A stretch of DNA of 63,909 bases, filler included, from Folioceros fuciformis (lineage: Eukaryota), in NCBI GenBank assembly GCA_049999805.1. It is 12 parts of 12 records of this genome, joined end to end, with 100 filler letters (N's around TTAATTAATTAA, not from the genome) between each part and the next. Parts side by side here need not be neighbours in the genome. Positions count along the whole stretch, not along the records: positions 36,328 to 52,521 come from JBNGIO010001513.1; 11 more parts are not named here. One strand, written 5' to 3'. Position 1 is the stretch's first letter. Every line of letters begins with the position of its first letter. Positions 36,328-48,336 of this stretch are shown piece after piece. The translations under genes and the position numbers were made by a program. The notes beneath the pieces are model-generated. The model saw only the letters and a program-made list of their open reading frames with translations, was not told where the DNA came from and did no database searches.

Positions 36328-37241
36328 AAATAAGGCAGCATCTTGGAGAAGCCCATGTTCTGCAGACTGATCTTCAACCCCTGATTGAAGTAAGTCGGCA
36401 ACCAGTTCATAAGCACATAAAGCGCATAATGGAACGTGAAGTTGTTCACCACGATGGCCCAGACTGCCTGGCTGAGCAGAAGTTTCTTCCAGGGTATGAC
36501 CCTCCGCCTCTCCACCTTCTTCTTCTCTCGAACCACGCCATCACCGTTCTCCTCCCCAGATACCCCAGAATGCAAAAGTTTGGTGCGTTCCGCCACAGTG
36601 GCTGAACTCAAATCCGACAAGGATACCACTTTCGGCAGCACAAGCTCTCGAGGATCTGATGAAAGCTTGTACCACATTAGAGTCCACACCGCCCCCATCC
36701 CAGCAACGAACACGAACTCGGTCCTCGCTCCAATTGCCACCAGATTGGGCAGCAACAGCATACCAAGAGCAGCTCCTAGATACATCCCGGAAGTGGTGAG
36801 CGACACAGATCGAGAGCGCTCATGGGGAGGCACCCACTGCGCCAGCACGGTGTGGATGGAAGGGAAGATAAATCCCTGCGCCATCCCCACAAGCAGGCGG
36901 GCCACTACCAATCCCACCACAGAAGCTGCGTTTGTCGGGGTCAGAGCCGACGTCACGGACCATAGCACGAACGACAGAAGAAGAATCCGCCTGCCCCCAT
37001 ACCGCTGTGCAGCCCATCCGCCCACGATCTGCGAGCTCGCGTAGCCATGGTAGAAGACGGACAGGATCTGGCCTTTGGTAGCTTCATTCACACCCGCAGC
37101 AGTGGCAGAGGCAGTGTAGGCCAGGGAGAATCCCACCCGCTCAATGTAGCACACGCAAGTGCAGAGAAACGTCAGCAAGACTGTCACGTAGCGCTGCGGC
37201 AGCCGTAGCCTCTTGCTTGCATTCCCGGATGGCTCCACCAT
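36328..37241 (-). CDS. PHT4;6: MFS anion/phosphate transporter, PHT4;6 (ANTR5) type, 3' truncated
   Basis: PQRYV.V.LTFL.TCVCYIERVGFS.AYT, FPSIHTVLAQWVPPHERSRSVSLTTSGMYLGA and FHYALYVLMNWLPTYF. Confidence 0.92.
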
Positions 37242-37864
37242 GCCTGCCTGCTTACATTTCAAGCATCAAACCTTCCGGCACTTCAAATCACAGGAGCAGG
37301 AGGAGCACAGCCCCAGCTAGCCAGGTCCTACTGCCCTAAGCTCCACCACAATCCGGCGGGATTGGAACCCTCGATTTACGCCCTCGAACGCCAGAGAGAC
37401 GACGAGCGGAAGCGCGCCATCGCCTAGCGCAAGGGGAGATCGAGGATTTCCCACCAGGGACCTCTCAAGGTGGTTATCTTTGTCCGACTGAACAGGCAGC
37501 TCGTCCTCATGTTTTGGCAGAACATGTTTTTTACATTTTAGAAATGGCTGCACTCTTTTCAAGAGTACATATTGTGGAGGGCAGGGCAACAGGTAAACTG
37601 GCGAAGACCTGGAATGCAGCTCAGGATCTGCGTTCGGGGCAGTGAGCGTGACACAATGAGGTGAGATTCTTGTGGTCCATCTCGTAGGGGCAGGTGTGCT
37701 GGATAATACACATACAGTACGTAAGATCTGCAAGGACGCAGAGCTACACATAAGCTGAGAGAAGAAACACCTCATGGCAGGACCGCCGAGTGTCTGAAAG
37801 CATGAAGCACTTTCTTTCGGAGAGCATGATGCAGGGACGAGGAGGTAGAATCATCCAAAGGGGG

Positions 37865-38857
37865 TCACAAGTGAGGAGACCTTAATAAAGCAGCCAAGCT
37901 CCGAGGCTGGCCATCGTACTGGGTCAGGAATGGGTGCCCGAGGAGGCTTGCAGCAGAAGGCCGCTGGTTAGGATCCCTTTTCAAGCAAGACCTGATGAAG
38001 TCTTGGAAGTGTGGGGAGGCATCTGGAGGCGGGGGAGGAGGCTCGCCCATGCCGATAACATACATGAGCGTGACCCAGTCGCACTTCTCCCCGGGCTTGA
38101 GGCACGGGAATCTGCCCAGGAAGCACTCGAAGAGAGTGAGCCCTAAGCTCCAGATGTCTGCAGAGACACCACAGTAGCCGCCATTGGCATCAGGGTTCAT
38201 CCGCTCGGGGCTCATGTAAGCACATGTGCCCACAAACGAGTTGCACTGAGCCATAGTATGAGCCAGCACAATGCTCACGCCGAAGTCCGCAATCTTCACC
38301 TCCTGCCCCCTGTTGAGCAGCAGGTTGGAGGGCTTGATGTCCCGGTGCACGATCTTGCACTTGTGCAGGTAACACAAGCCTGTCAGCACCTGCCTGGTGA
38401 CTTCCGCCAGATGGTGTTCCTGGATCCTGCCTTGAGCCTGCAGCACATCAGCCAGGGTGCCGCAGTCCATGTACTCCAGAACGAAAGAAACCTCCCCTTC
38501 GCTCTCAAACACTCCGTAGCACTGAATCACATGCCTGTTATTCGTGGTTCTTAGAATCTGCATCTCCTGTATGATCTGCTTCCGGATGGACTCATGCTTC
38601 TCCTGAATCACCTTCAGGGCGTAGAGATGGCCCGTCACCCTGTGGTGCACCTTGTACACTTTCCCTCCGCTCCCGGAACCAAGCAGCATCAGCCTCTCCA
38701 GGTCCTCCAGGGCCACATTCCGATCCAAGCTGCACACCACATCCTTCCTTGACCCAACCCCGGTGTCAGTAATAGGCATCTGCAGCAAGGACGGGGGAGG
38801 CAGAGGCAGCGGGAGAGGAACCGGGCGGTTGAGCCTGGGTAGCCGCTCCCTGTTCAT
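37865..38857 (-). CDS. Mitogen-activated protein kinase kinase (intronless, group C/D type)
   Basis: N-terminal docking site R...LPLP, LGSGSGGKV, YALK, HRDIKPSN, DFG and activation loop T-x5-S followed by FVGTCAYMSPER. Confidence 0.95.
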   Translation of the reverse strand: MNRERLPRLNRPVPLPLPLPPPSLLQMPITDTGVGSRKDVVCSLDRNVALEDLERLMLLGSGSGGKVYKVHHRVTGHLYALKVIQEKHESIRKQIIQEMQILRTTNNRHVIQCYGVFESEGEVSFVLEYMDCGTLADVLQAQGRIQEHHLAEVTRQVLTGLCYLHKCKIVHRDIKPSNLLLNRGQEVKIADFGVSIVLAHTMAQCNSFVGTCAYMSPERMNPDANGGYCGVSADIWSLGLTLFECFLGRFPCLKPGEKCDWVTLMYVIGMGEPPPPPPDASPHFQDFIRSCLKRDPNQRPSAASLLGHPFLTQYDGQPRSLAALLRSPHL

Positions 38858-40189
38858 AGTTCCAAATACCCGCAAAGCCAATCTTCCTCCCTCCTCCTAA
38901 CCACGCCTTCCGATCTCCAGCACCAGCCCCACGCTCACAACCTGCTGACAGGGCTGCTGCCTCGCATCCCCCCCCTCCCCTTCCCCCCCCCAACAAGCCC
39001 GCCAATCGAAGAGAAAATGCAATGCGCACTACAAAAATCCAAACACTTCAAGCACACGCCAGGCAGACCAACACGCCGGGCGTTCAGAATGCTCCAGCTC
39101 CTGCTCTCGCTCCCCTGACGCTGACCTCATCCCTGCCTTTAACCACCACCCAGCAGCAGGCAGCTGCTCTGGGTACAACTGTACCAATTGGTACAGCTCC
39201 TGGAGCAAATGAGGAAATGGCCCAGGAGCTAATCAGGGAAGAGCCGAGCCAAAATGCCTGGTATTCCCACAGGAAACGCAAGGAGGGAATGAGGGCAGCC
39301 ATGATTCTCTTTCTAGGCCACCGTCGTCACCTCGTGCACCGGTGGGTGGATATTCTACCTCCCAACATCCAGCATCCGGCTGATGTTAAATCAATACAAA
39401 GGCAAAAGCAGGGGAAAAGAAAAGACATCTAGATGATCACCAAGTGTCCACTGTTGCTTCGACGCGAAGACAGCCTGGGCACCGAATCTGCCACCGCCAC
39501 GCCCAACCGATTGCCTCGACGTTGCTCCTAGCTTTAACCCCCACTTTCATGAGCAACGAGCATTTCATGAAAGTAAAGGTTTCACACAAAGAGTTCTCCA
39601 AAGTAGCTAAAAAGACTTCATACCCAAGTACAACTTTCATACCTTTCATGTAATCTTCATATCTTCTTCATTCTCTTTGTTATCTTCTATACTCTCCATA
39701 TTGTTATCCTTAGTCAAGTCTAGGATTGTGTCCTCTATTTTGTTGTCTTTATCATAATCTTCCTCATCTTCCTATGTGGTCCATTTCATTTCTTTGTGAG
39801 GTATCATCTATGTATGTTTGCTTATTCACCAAGTTCTATTTAAATATATTCTAGTAACAATAGCTCCAAAGCAACTTCAAGCATTTCATTTTCATCTTAC
39901 CCCTTTGTCCCTTAATCTTCATTCTACATGTCTTTGATGTTTGTTGAACTCTCAATCTATTTGAAGAAAGGTTAACATATCACAATCATTTTCTCGAGTA
40001 TCCATATAGTTATCATAATCATTTTCTGGAGTTTCCATATAGTTATCAATCCCACTTTCACCTAAAGCATTATAGATGTTATTAATTGGAGTCATTTCAT
40101 TTTGCAAATCACTCAGTGCCCCTTCATCGTCATTTATAATTTCATCTTTATATTAATCTATCATCCCATCTTAATCAATGCTATTGCCT

Positions 40190-40396
40190 TCATTGAACCT
40201 CAAAATTGATGTATATTTCATTTCTACAACGTGAACATGTAACTATTCTCTTACATGTATCAAACCACGAAGACGAACAATTTTTATGAAAAATATGGAA
40301 ACATCTATTTATTTTAATAATATCCTCATTAGAACTAAGAGAATTGAGGCAAATTGAGCAAATCCATTGCTTTACAAAGGGCTTAGGCAAAAGCAA
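40190..40396 (-). pseudogene. RING-H2 zinc finger within a decayed AT-rich acidic ORF (~39600-40480)
   Basis: CSICL-x-C-F-H-I-F-H-K-N-C...W...C-S-R-C-R. The same frame continues downstream with D/E/N-rich sequence interrupted by stops. Confidence 0.65.
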
Positions 40397-41194
40397 TTTA
40401 CAAGTTGACTACTAATGCGGTTCTAGCACCATCGTCAACCTCGATTTCAAATATGTCATCACTATCTTCACTTGTCAAATGTTAGGGCTGAGGATACTTA
40501 CGAAACTGGTGTTCACAAGGGCTAGCCCCCCATCTTGGGTTTTGGCCTTATATGGTTTCTTTCCTTCTCTTATCCCGAGTAGATGGGATTTTCCATCTCT
40601 TAAAAAAAAAGACACACTCACCTCCCAAATTTATTAGTAAAAACACAAAAGAATGTAATACTATTGGTTTCATTTACCATCTTGAAGAAAAGTGATCCAC
40701 CTTTAAAGTCTCCAAATAAATTAGATAACTTAAGAAATAAGGATTATGTTTTTATTATTGAAAAAGAGATGGAAAGTCCTATGTACTCTAAAGATTATTT
40801 GAAAAACCTGAGCAAGGCTAAAGGTCAAATGAGTTATTAGTCCCTTCGAACATCTTTCTCAAAAAAACTACCTACTGCCCCCGAAATGTCATGATGTGGA
40901 ATAACAAATGGCCTACCTATCACTCGTGCCCATGAAGCCGCTTGACTCAAGAAATATACACATAATTTGTATATTTGAATGACCACAAATTAGGAATGAT
41001 ACATATTACTGAAAAAAGAGATGAAAAAAATCATCCACCCCAAAGATGAGGAGGAACAACATCAAGAGAACCAAAGGACAAAACAGGACTAACCCCCTCG
41101 AATATTATTCTTAAAACTACCTATTATATTATTCCTAAACTATCGAGATGCAAAATGAAAAATAAGGTCTACCTGCAATGGATGTTGAAGAAGC

Positions 41195-41485
41195 CACTTG
41201 ACTTACATTTGTTGCTATTCTAAAGAGCACATTGGCCAACACTCACTTGACTTACATTTTTCGCTATTCAAAAGACCACATTCGCCAATGGCCACTTAAC
41301 TTATATTTGTTGCTATTCAAAAGATCACATTGGCCAATGGCCACTTGACTTACATTTGTTGCTATTCAAAAGACCACATTGGCCAACGCTCACTTGACTT
41401 ACATCTATCGCTATTCAAAAGACCACATTGGCCAACGCTCACTTCACTTACATTTGTCGCTATTCAAAAGACCACATTGGCCAAT
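41195..41485. repeat. Tandem repeat, 6 x 49 bp
   Basis: CACTTGACTTACATTTGTTGCTATTCAAAAGACCACATTGGCCAA units start at 41195, 41244, 41293, 41342, 41391 and 41440. Confidence 0.95.
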
Positions 41486-41595
41486 CGCAACTGAATTTTG
41501 CAAGTATATACGGGTCTGATGCGAATGAATGAGCATTCTAGTTCGTTTAAAAAGCTCAAAGCTAACAAACAATAAGCACAATATGGTACAATAAA

Positions 41596-41703
41596 CACAA
41601 TATGGTCATGAGCTAATAATTAAATCAAAAGCACAATATGGTCATGAGCTAGTAATTGAATCAAAAGCACAATATGGTCATTAGCTAGTAATTGAATCAA
41701 AGC
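41596..41703. repeat. Tandem repeat, 3 x 36 bp
   Basis: CACAATATGGTCATGAGCTAGTAATTGAATCAAAAG units start at 41596, 41632 and 41668. Confidence 0.93.
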
Positions 41704-41996
41704 TTTTAGTTGCAGTTTTGGTGTTGGAGGTATCCGGGATTTTGTTTTGCAGTTTGTGTGTTGGAGGCATCCATCCCGGATAAGTGATGCACAAAGGGCT
41801 GATATAAGCCGTCAGGGCTAAGCCCTAACAGAAGCATGGCTTCCGTTATTTCCATTGTAGAGTGTACACGCTAACTCAGTGGATGTGAAGCTAGCTCGTC
41901 TGCTGGACTTTACCGCGTTCTTCAACGACGAGACGTTCCGATCTTGTGCTAGATAGAGATCTGGATTGTGAACTGGAAGAGGGGAGACGTTCTGGG

Positions 41997-42886
41997 TCAC
42001 CTCCTTCTCTTAGACTTCAAGGGAGTCCGCCCATTTGACTTCTCAGTTCTTTTACGTTTGGAAGATTTTAAACGAGTTTTGTTGCGAGAATTCTTCTTTG
42101 AGGCCAGCTTCACAGACCTCTTTGCTGGTTGAAGGCCTGCCTTGGATTTTGCCACGCGATCCTCACTACTGCTAACCCTTGGAGCCCCTGGAAGTTCACC
42201 TTCATCATCCTCCCCAAGCATGGAACAAGTGGTCACTGATGTGAGCGTATCACCATCTTCGTAGACCAAGGTGCCTGATGACAACCACTGCAGCCATTAA
42301 GAAGCTTCGAATCAAAGATAAGTGTTCCACAGTTCTCGAAACTTCAGCCATGGAAGATTACCTCTCAAAGGAGCCGAAAGGGAATCCTCAGCATCACTTA
42401 CAGACTCTGCGTTAAGGGTTAACTCAGCTGCTCCACCGTCAAACCCTGGTGCACGGACGTCTTCCAGAGCCTTGCGTCGCTGGATGAGCATCCATGGAAG
42501 AAACGGTTTCAAGTTCCGGAGAAAGCAATCTGTCAGAAGGAGAGAACATGATATAAGCACAGAGATTACCTCCTTCCTCTCGGCCAAGCGCTTCTGCCGG
42601 TCCTTGGCCGCCTTCTGAGCCTCTGCAACCTTCCGCCTTTGATTCTTCCTCTTCTGAAATCCGGTGACATACTCCCTGACCACACAATCCACAAAACCCT
42701 AAACCCCGGCTCCGTCCACATCACACATGAAAAAACCACAACTGACCCGAGGTAACTGCAACAAAATTCGGCCTACTTGCGAGCATCCGGATCGAACACA
42801 ACGACCAGAGACTTGTTCCTCCGCAACCTCTTCTTGAGGTGGTGAGCATGAGCCGTGTCCTCACCATCCGACGCGCCCTCGTCCAT
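41997..42886 (-). CDS. RRP17: Ribosomal RNA-processing protein 17 / nucleolar protein 12
   Basis: Exons 42886-42777, 42675-42570, 42479-42362 and 42274-41997. V.FD...RKEYVTGFQKRK..RRK.A motif and a basic C-terminal tail. Confidence 0.88.
42694..42701. promoter_or_regulatory. Telo-box in intron 1 of RRP17
   Basis: AAACCCTA, a motif typical of plant ribosome-biogenesis genes. Confidence 0.5.
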
Positions 42887-43087
42887 GGCAGCCCCTGGCC
42901 AAGACTTCTCCCTCCACCACAAGATCAGCGTAACAAGCCCCACCAGAAGGCACCCGCATAAAAGGAATACAGGAGCTCGTACCTCAGAGCTCGCGACCTT
43001 TTCTAATGACGAACAGGCTTTGGAGCTCACCACCAATATATATACGTAATATATATATTACATACTGTATGTGCTATTTCGTCTTTC

Positions 43088-43096
43088 ACACGTGGC
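43088..43096. promoter_or_regulatory. G-box/ABRE in a short divergent promoter
   Basis: ACACGTGGC next to a TA-rich tract (43037-43060) between head-to-head genes. Confidence 0.45.
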
Positions 43097-43212
43097 GAGA
43101 TGTTTTGCAATCCGAGTCCAAATCTATTCCAATCGAAACTCAGTCCAGTTCTTTGAATTCAGTGGAGCAAACCATTGCTGCCATGGACTTGGTGTGACAG
43201 GAAGTGGAAGTA

Positions 43213-45794
43213 ATGGGCACGCTTTCCTTGCACAGCGGACCCCTGCTGACGCGCTCTAAGGCGAGGGAGCGTGGATTCTCTCTTCTGGTGGCTTGTCCAG
43301 GCTCTTTTCAGTTGCAGTGGAATGGAGGCGCTGCCAAGCTGGGGTGTGCCGGGTGGGAGGTCTTTCAAGCTAAGAGCAGGCTGTGGTGGAGTGCCAAGGG
43401 AGGCCCGGCTCGTCCGTCTGCTTCCATTGGGTTCACAGCAGACCCTCGAGTCAAGTGCGAGTTTATGCCTCGCCTATCCAGCTTCCTGAAGTTCGCATTG
43501 CGTTGTCACGGGCTGACGTTGAGATTGCTATCTGGTCTGCAGGATAGAGAGATCTGCGAACGGGTTGCTGAAGGACGCGGCAATGCTTTTTGTTTACCAG
43601 GATGTACTCAAGGCTCCTCCTGCTCAAGCGTTTTTGACGGTGCTCCTGGCTCTCCGCAGAGGAGATGGTGGTGTTGCATTCAGCACTTGTGACCTGCTGT
43701 TTGTGCTTGCATTTTGATCTCACGGCGTTGCTTACATTTAGTCTTGTTTGGCAGATGCGCTGAAGGTGCTGGAATCGTATGGACAGTTTTTTAAGCTCAT
43801 GGCTATCAGCCGCAGTCCCAGGTTCTGTTGTTTGTGCACAAGGTTTTTTGCTGTTTCTTTTGCTTTGGGCAGCCCTGATGGTGGATTTTGTTGACGCTGT
43901 GCAGCTGGGAAGATTTCCTCTTGGACGGCATTCTGGTAGGGGATAATAACCCCTTTGCAGAAGCAGCTTCCAATGCTGGAAATACAAAGAGTTTGTGGAC
44001 AGGAGGTGTGCCTCCAGCATTGCAAGCGGCTGCTGCTTCAGACTTGGACGTTTTGCAGAGGCTGAATATTTCAGAATCTACCTTAAGTGGCTGGGTAGGG
44101 CTTGATGGTCCCTCTGTTGCTGAAGTGAAGCACTAGCTAGGGGTGGGGGATAAAAAGGATCTGAGCTGAAGAGCCGGCGGTGTGGTTTCTTTTTTTGGTT
44201 TCAGGTTTCAGCAATTGTGTCAGATGTCAGACCAGAATGGAAGTCAGCTGCTGCAGCCACCCTGAGTTCACGAGGTGTAGTGAAGGCACCATCTAGCGCT
44301 ACCGAAACTAGCAGGCCCTTTGGTTTTTCTGTGTGTGAGGATGTGGAACATGCGGATGAGGAGAGGAAGGATATGCGAACTGATGCCGTAGCAACAACAG
44401 ATTCGAAGAACTTGAAGGGCTCAGCGGTGGCACCGCAACGGGATTTTCTCTCCATTGGTATTTCCTGTGTTAGTTTCTTATTTTGGAGACGTGGCAGTGG
44501 TGTGGATCCGACTGAAACTCAGGGCCTGTTGTGATTCTGCAGACAGAGAGAGGTGGAGGAAGAAGATTGGAGGTCTGTGGAAGTGGTCACAGGCTGTGCC
44601 AATGCTCGAAGAGTATTATGCACAGCATGGCGTGGGCCGGATAGTTTCTACTCAGGGTCAGTCTTGGAATGATATGAGCTCACTGCCTGGGAGTGTGGGA
44701 CATTTCATGAACTTGAGTTGACACTAGGCTTGGTCTAACAGCACTGGTTTGGAAGGGAGGGAAGCTCATGCGAGATCTGAAGCACTTGAGTCGACCCCAT
44801 CCTTGTGAACTTAGTGTGCAAGCCGAACAGAGGGACGATCTCGTCAAGAATCTGAGGAAGCACGCGAAAGGATCATCCGCGCAACATGTTGTCTTGGTGA
44901 GTCCCGGTGCACATGGCAGTGGGTCCAACTTCGTTCAATGTGGTGCTGATTGTTGAAGATTTTGGCTGCCTGGAGAGTGCAATGAAGCTGTTCATCTATC
45001 ATTGATAACAGTGTGGACCAAGTGGGTCAGGGAAATCATGGCTGTTGAGCTATGCCCTCAACAAGGTTTCCCATGAAGATGGCTTGCGCATAGTGAGTTT
45101 GCCAAACTCAGAGATCAAAAGCCTTGGCCAAGTGCTTGAGGACTTGGGGCGGCAGTGGAATGCAAGATTTGCGCTTACAGTTGATGACATCTTTGCTCGG
45201 GTACGAAGCACCTGGTTGAAGACTTTGCAAAGTGTTCTGCAGCCTGAATTTGGTAGCAAGTGCTAAAGTTTCAAGACCTTTCTTTCTTTCCTCTTCAGGG
45301 GTCAGACGAGAGCTTCTGGTTGCTCAAGACTGCTCTGGACGGAGCGTTTCACGTACTATGACCTGACCCTCCATCCAGCATGCATCAACATTTTAAGTCT
45401 TGTACCTCGCTGACTGGCACTGTTGGTAGACTTGGGCCAGTGGAGCTGATGCAATGTGAGCACTGTGCAGGAATGGCCAGACAACGTACTACTGTGTGCC
45501 ACCGCATTGAAGTCCGAGCATCAACCTTCCCGTCCTGCAGAACTGGACGAAGAGAAACGAGCTGCTGATCTGCAGTCGCTTTTTGGGATGATCTTGCAAC
45601 TCAAGGAACTGGAGCTGGATGAGTACGTGACGACGACCACAGAGATTTTCAAGCACAGGACTGAAGCTCTCCACTCCACAAGCAAGACCATTGACGAGGT
45701 GGAGAGAGAGGCAACCTTAGATTACCATATAACAAGGGGCAGGTTTTCTCACAGCATCCGGTACTCTGCACAGTTTGTGAAGACCCTGCTCTGA
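43213..45794 (+). CDS. DUF815-family AAA+ ATPase, cyanobacterial type, ~10 exons, probable transit peptide (start and first intron uncertain)
   Basis: Spliced translation AAMLFVYQDVL..AFL, SYGQFF, WEDFLL...NPF, ALQAAAASDLDVLQ, LEEYYAQHGVG, Walker A VL/CGPSGSGKS (exon 45011-45200), Walker B ALTVDD, LKTALDGAFH/EWPDNVLLCAT. Later exons are 44205-44457, 44543-44656, 44742-44896, 45011-45200, 45299-45352 and 45471-45794. Confidence 0.82.
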
Positions 45795-46470
45795 TTCTGC
45801 TCTTCGACAACCGTCTTCCCCTTTGACTCCGTTGTACTTCCATTGCTTTGTACACTTACAATTTGTTCAGCAGCCCGGTTGAAAGCAGCATGGACATGGG
45901 CATCTTTCAGGACTCGTCACCTAAGACCCGGGACTCTTGCGTACAATGTGATCCCCATGCTCCAAGTGCGAGTGTAGATAGCAGTGCATACAGTGTGTGT
46001 GCTCGTACAGAGCATCCACGCTCGTATGACAATGATTGATGACCAAGCCCCCAGGTACATGGCACGTGAGTGTGTGTCTGTGCGTGAGCAGTCATCGGAC
46101 TCTGGAGCTTCACGGGTCTCGGCAAGTCAAGAAATTGTGGGACAAGCAGAGACATGGCACCCATGTCACCCGAGAATTTGGAGGTACGAGAATGCAGATG
46201 CATACGTACAGTACAGTGTGGAGGAGGTCCGATTGGACACACGAATGTGTGTTGAAAGCTTGCCACGAAAAAGACGGCCTGCAGGCTGCTAGCCAGTCTG
46301 TCGTCCCTGAACCTTGTTTTCAACCAAGAGGCTGATTCCTAAGACTAATGAGACCCGCAACGAGATGTGCCTTCATCAACGCAGTAATAGTGAACGCTCT
46401 GCATCATCAGACCACTTGCCGTCGGCTAATTTGTTGCCAGTCTGCGCCAGTGCCATTTCCAGTGCCAGCT

Positions 46471-48336
46471 TTACAGGAACTCTTGCTTAAGCATCTCGAA
46501 GAGGAAAACGTTCCACGTATCAACAGGACCCGGCATGCACCAATGCAGGCAGTCCTGAGGGGGGTCTCGGCCGTCGGGTCCTTTTTTCGTCTTCTTGTTG
46601 GGATCTGAGTTTCTATAAGGCCCCGGATGCCCGTCTGCTCTGTACTCGAAAACGGGCGTCACGTCCATTATCCTCAGCTTAGACCCGTTGGTGATGCCTC
46701 CTCCAGCTGAAGCTTCCACCGCCTCCCTGTAAGCGTCCAGCTGATGCTTCCGCATGACAGCGGTATACGGGCTGTTGTACACCTCTTCTGCCTTCAATGG
46801 AGCCCGCTGGCCTGTACAGGACCCTCCTGTGTTCCACTCCCCTCCAGAGTAGTGGTCGGGCGAGTACGTTCTGAGAATGGTGACCCCCTTGTAGCCCGGG
46901 TGCGAGACGAGTCGCTTCAAAGCGGTACGCATGGCCACGGCAAAGGCCGCCGCGCTGTCGTAGCTCTTGTTCCGACCAGGCCCGTCCTCCCACCACAACT
47001 GCCCACCCACCACGGCATTGTCCATCACGAACGCCGTCTTCTTGGTGAACCAGTGCCCGGAAGACAACACCAGAACATCGAAGCCCGGGAGGTAGTCGTC
47101 AAATTTCTCGTCCACCTGCTGCAGGAAAAGCTTCGTCAACCCCTCCGGTGCAAAATCCACAGCCTCGCCCGAAGCATGCACCAGCCACGATGACCAGATC
47201 CTGATCACCGTCACTTGGTACGATCTGAAGTACCATCGTTGCATCTTCCTGGATCCGTGATTAGCCGGCTTTTCCACCTGCCAAACGCATCCACACTGTG
47301 AGCCACACCTGCAAAAAAGTAGCATCCCCCACAGCGAGTTCTGACAAGCCGGATGCTGGACCAAAGCCAACATCTCACCTGCATCAGAATGCACATCAGA
47401 GACTCCATCTGGTTGCGTGCCACGGAATCGCCCACAAACGCTAATGTTTTTCCCCGCAAGAGCTCGAGAAATGCGCGCGGATCAAGCCGCGGAATTGTGC
47501 AATCCCTGGGCTGCCACTTCCAGTACAAATAGCCGTTGTCAGGTCTGCCATTGGCCACACAGTTCTGCGCTCCGCTCAAGACGGGGCAGGAGTCGTGATG
47601 GTAAAGCGGCCCCTGGTCATCAGGCACCCACTCACCCGCAAAGAGATCGCAAGATCTATCTGCAACATTGCACCGCATTCCATCAGCCTGGAGAGAACGA
47701 GACGCTGCCTTGACTCGGTGTAGCTCAATCCAGACCAACCCGAACCCACTTACCCGCTGCAACAAGCTTCGGCTCCTGCTCCTGCTCTCCATCCGCCATC
47801 GCCGGCGTCAGTTCTTCCACAACGCTGACCACGTCTCCCCGCTCCGGTTCCGGCTCCGGCTCAGGAGGCGGCGCTACTGGGACGCCGTCCAGAACCCCCC
47901 ACTCCGATCCTTTTGTCCCCGCGCCCGCGAAATCACGATGCAGCACAGGAGAGGAGTGCTCCATGGCAACCGGCCCTTGCACTTTCCGTTCCCGTTCCCC
48001 TCCCGCTCCAGCCCGCTTGTCATCCTCCTCCACCCCGCTGTCCGCCGCAGCGCTCAGCGATGCGTTGGTGCTCAGCACATTCATGTCCTCGAAAACGGTG
48101 TTCTGCTGCTCGCCTGCAGGGTGACGCCCCTGCACCAATTCCTGCGCTTGGAGCACGGTCCCGGGCTTCTCCGGACGCCCGATAAACCCGAGGAAATCCG
48201 TCGGCGCCGAGCTGAGAAAGGGCGTACTAACCATCCCGAGCACGAAGGCCAGCAGAGCTGCTCCCAGCCACATACACGACACCCGGACGCTCAGGCTGGC
48301 CACCAGATTTCTCCCCATCACCCCCGCCTCCTTCAT
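46471..48336 (-). CDS. TBL: Trichome birefringence-like (TBL, YLS7/TBL17-18 type) polysaccharide O-acetyltransferase
   Basis: Exons 48336-47754, 47659-47379 and 47277-46471. N-terminal TM segment, CDLF.GEWV, GDSVARNQ and DCLHWCMPGPVDTWN. Confidence 0.95.

Noticed and set aside
41195-41485. CRISPR-like arrays (also 10357-10444, 19306-19465, 41596-41703)
   Set aside because: Units are head to tail with no unique spacers, there are no cas genes and the context is eukaryotic. These are ordinary minisatellites.
44881-45045. DUF815 protein appearing to lack a Walker A (pseudo-ATPase)
   Set aside because: An artefact of the unspliced ORF track. Splicing 44896 to 45011 restores VL/CGPSGSGKS.
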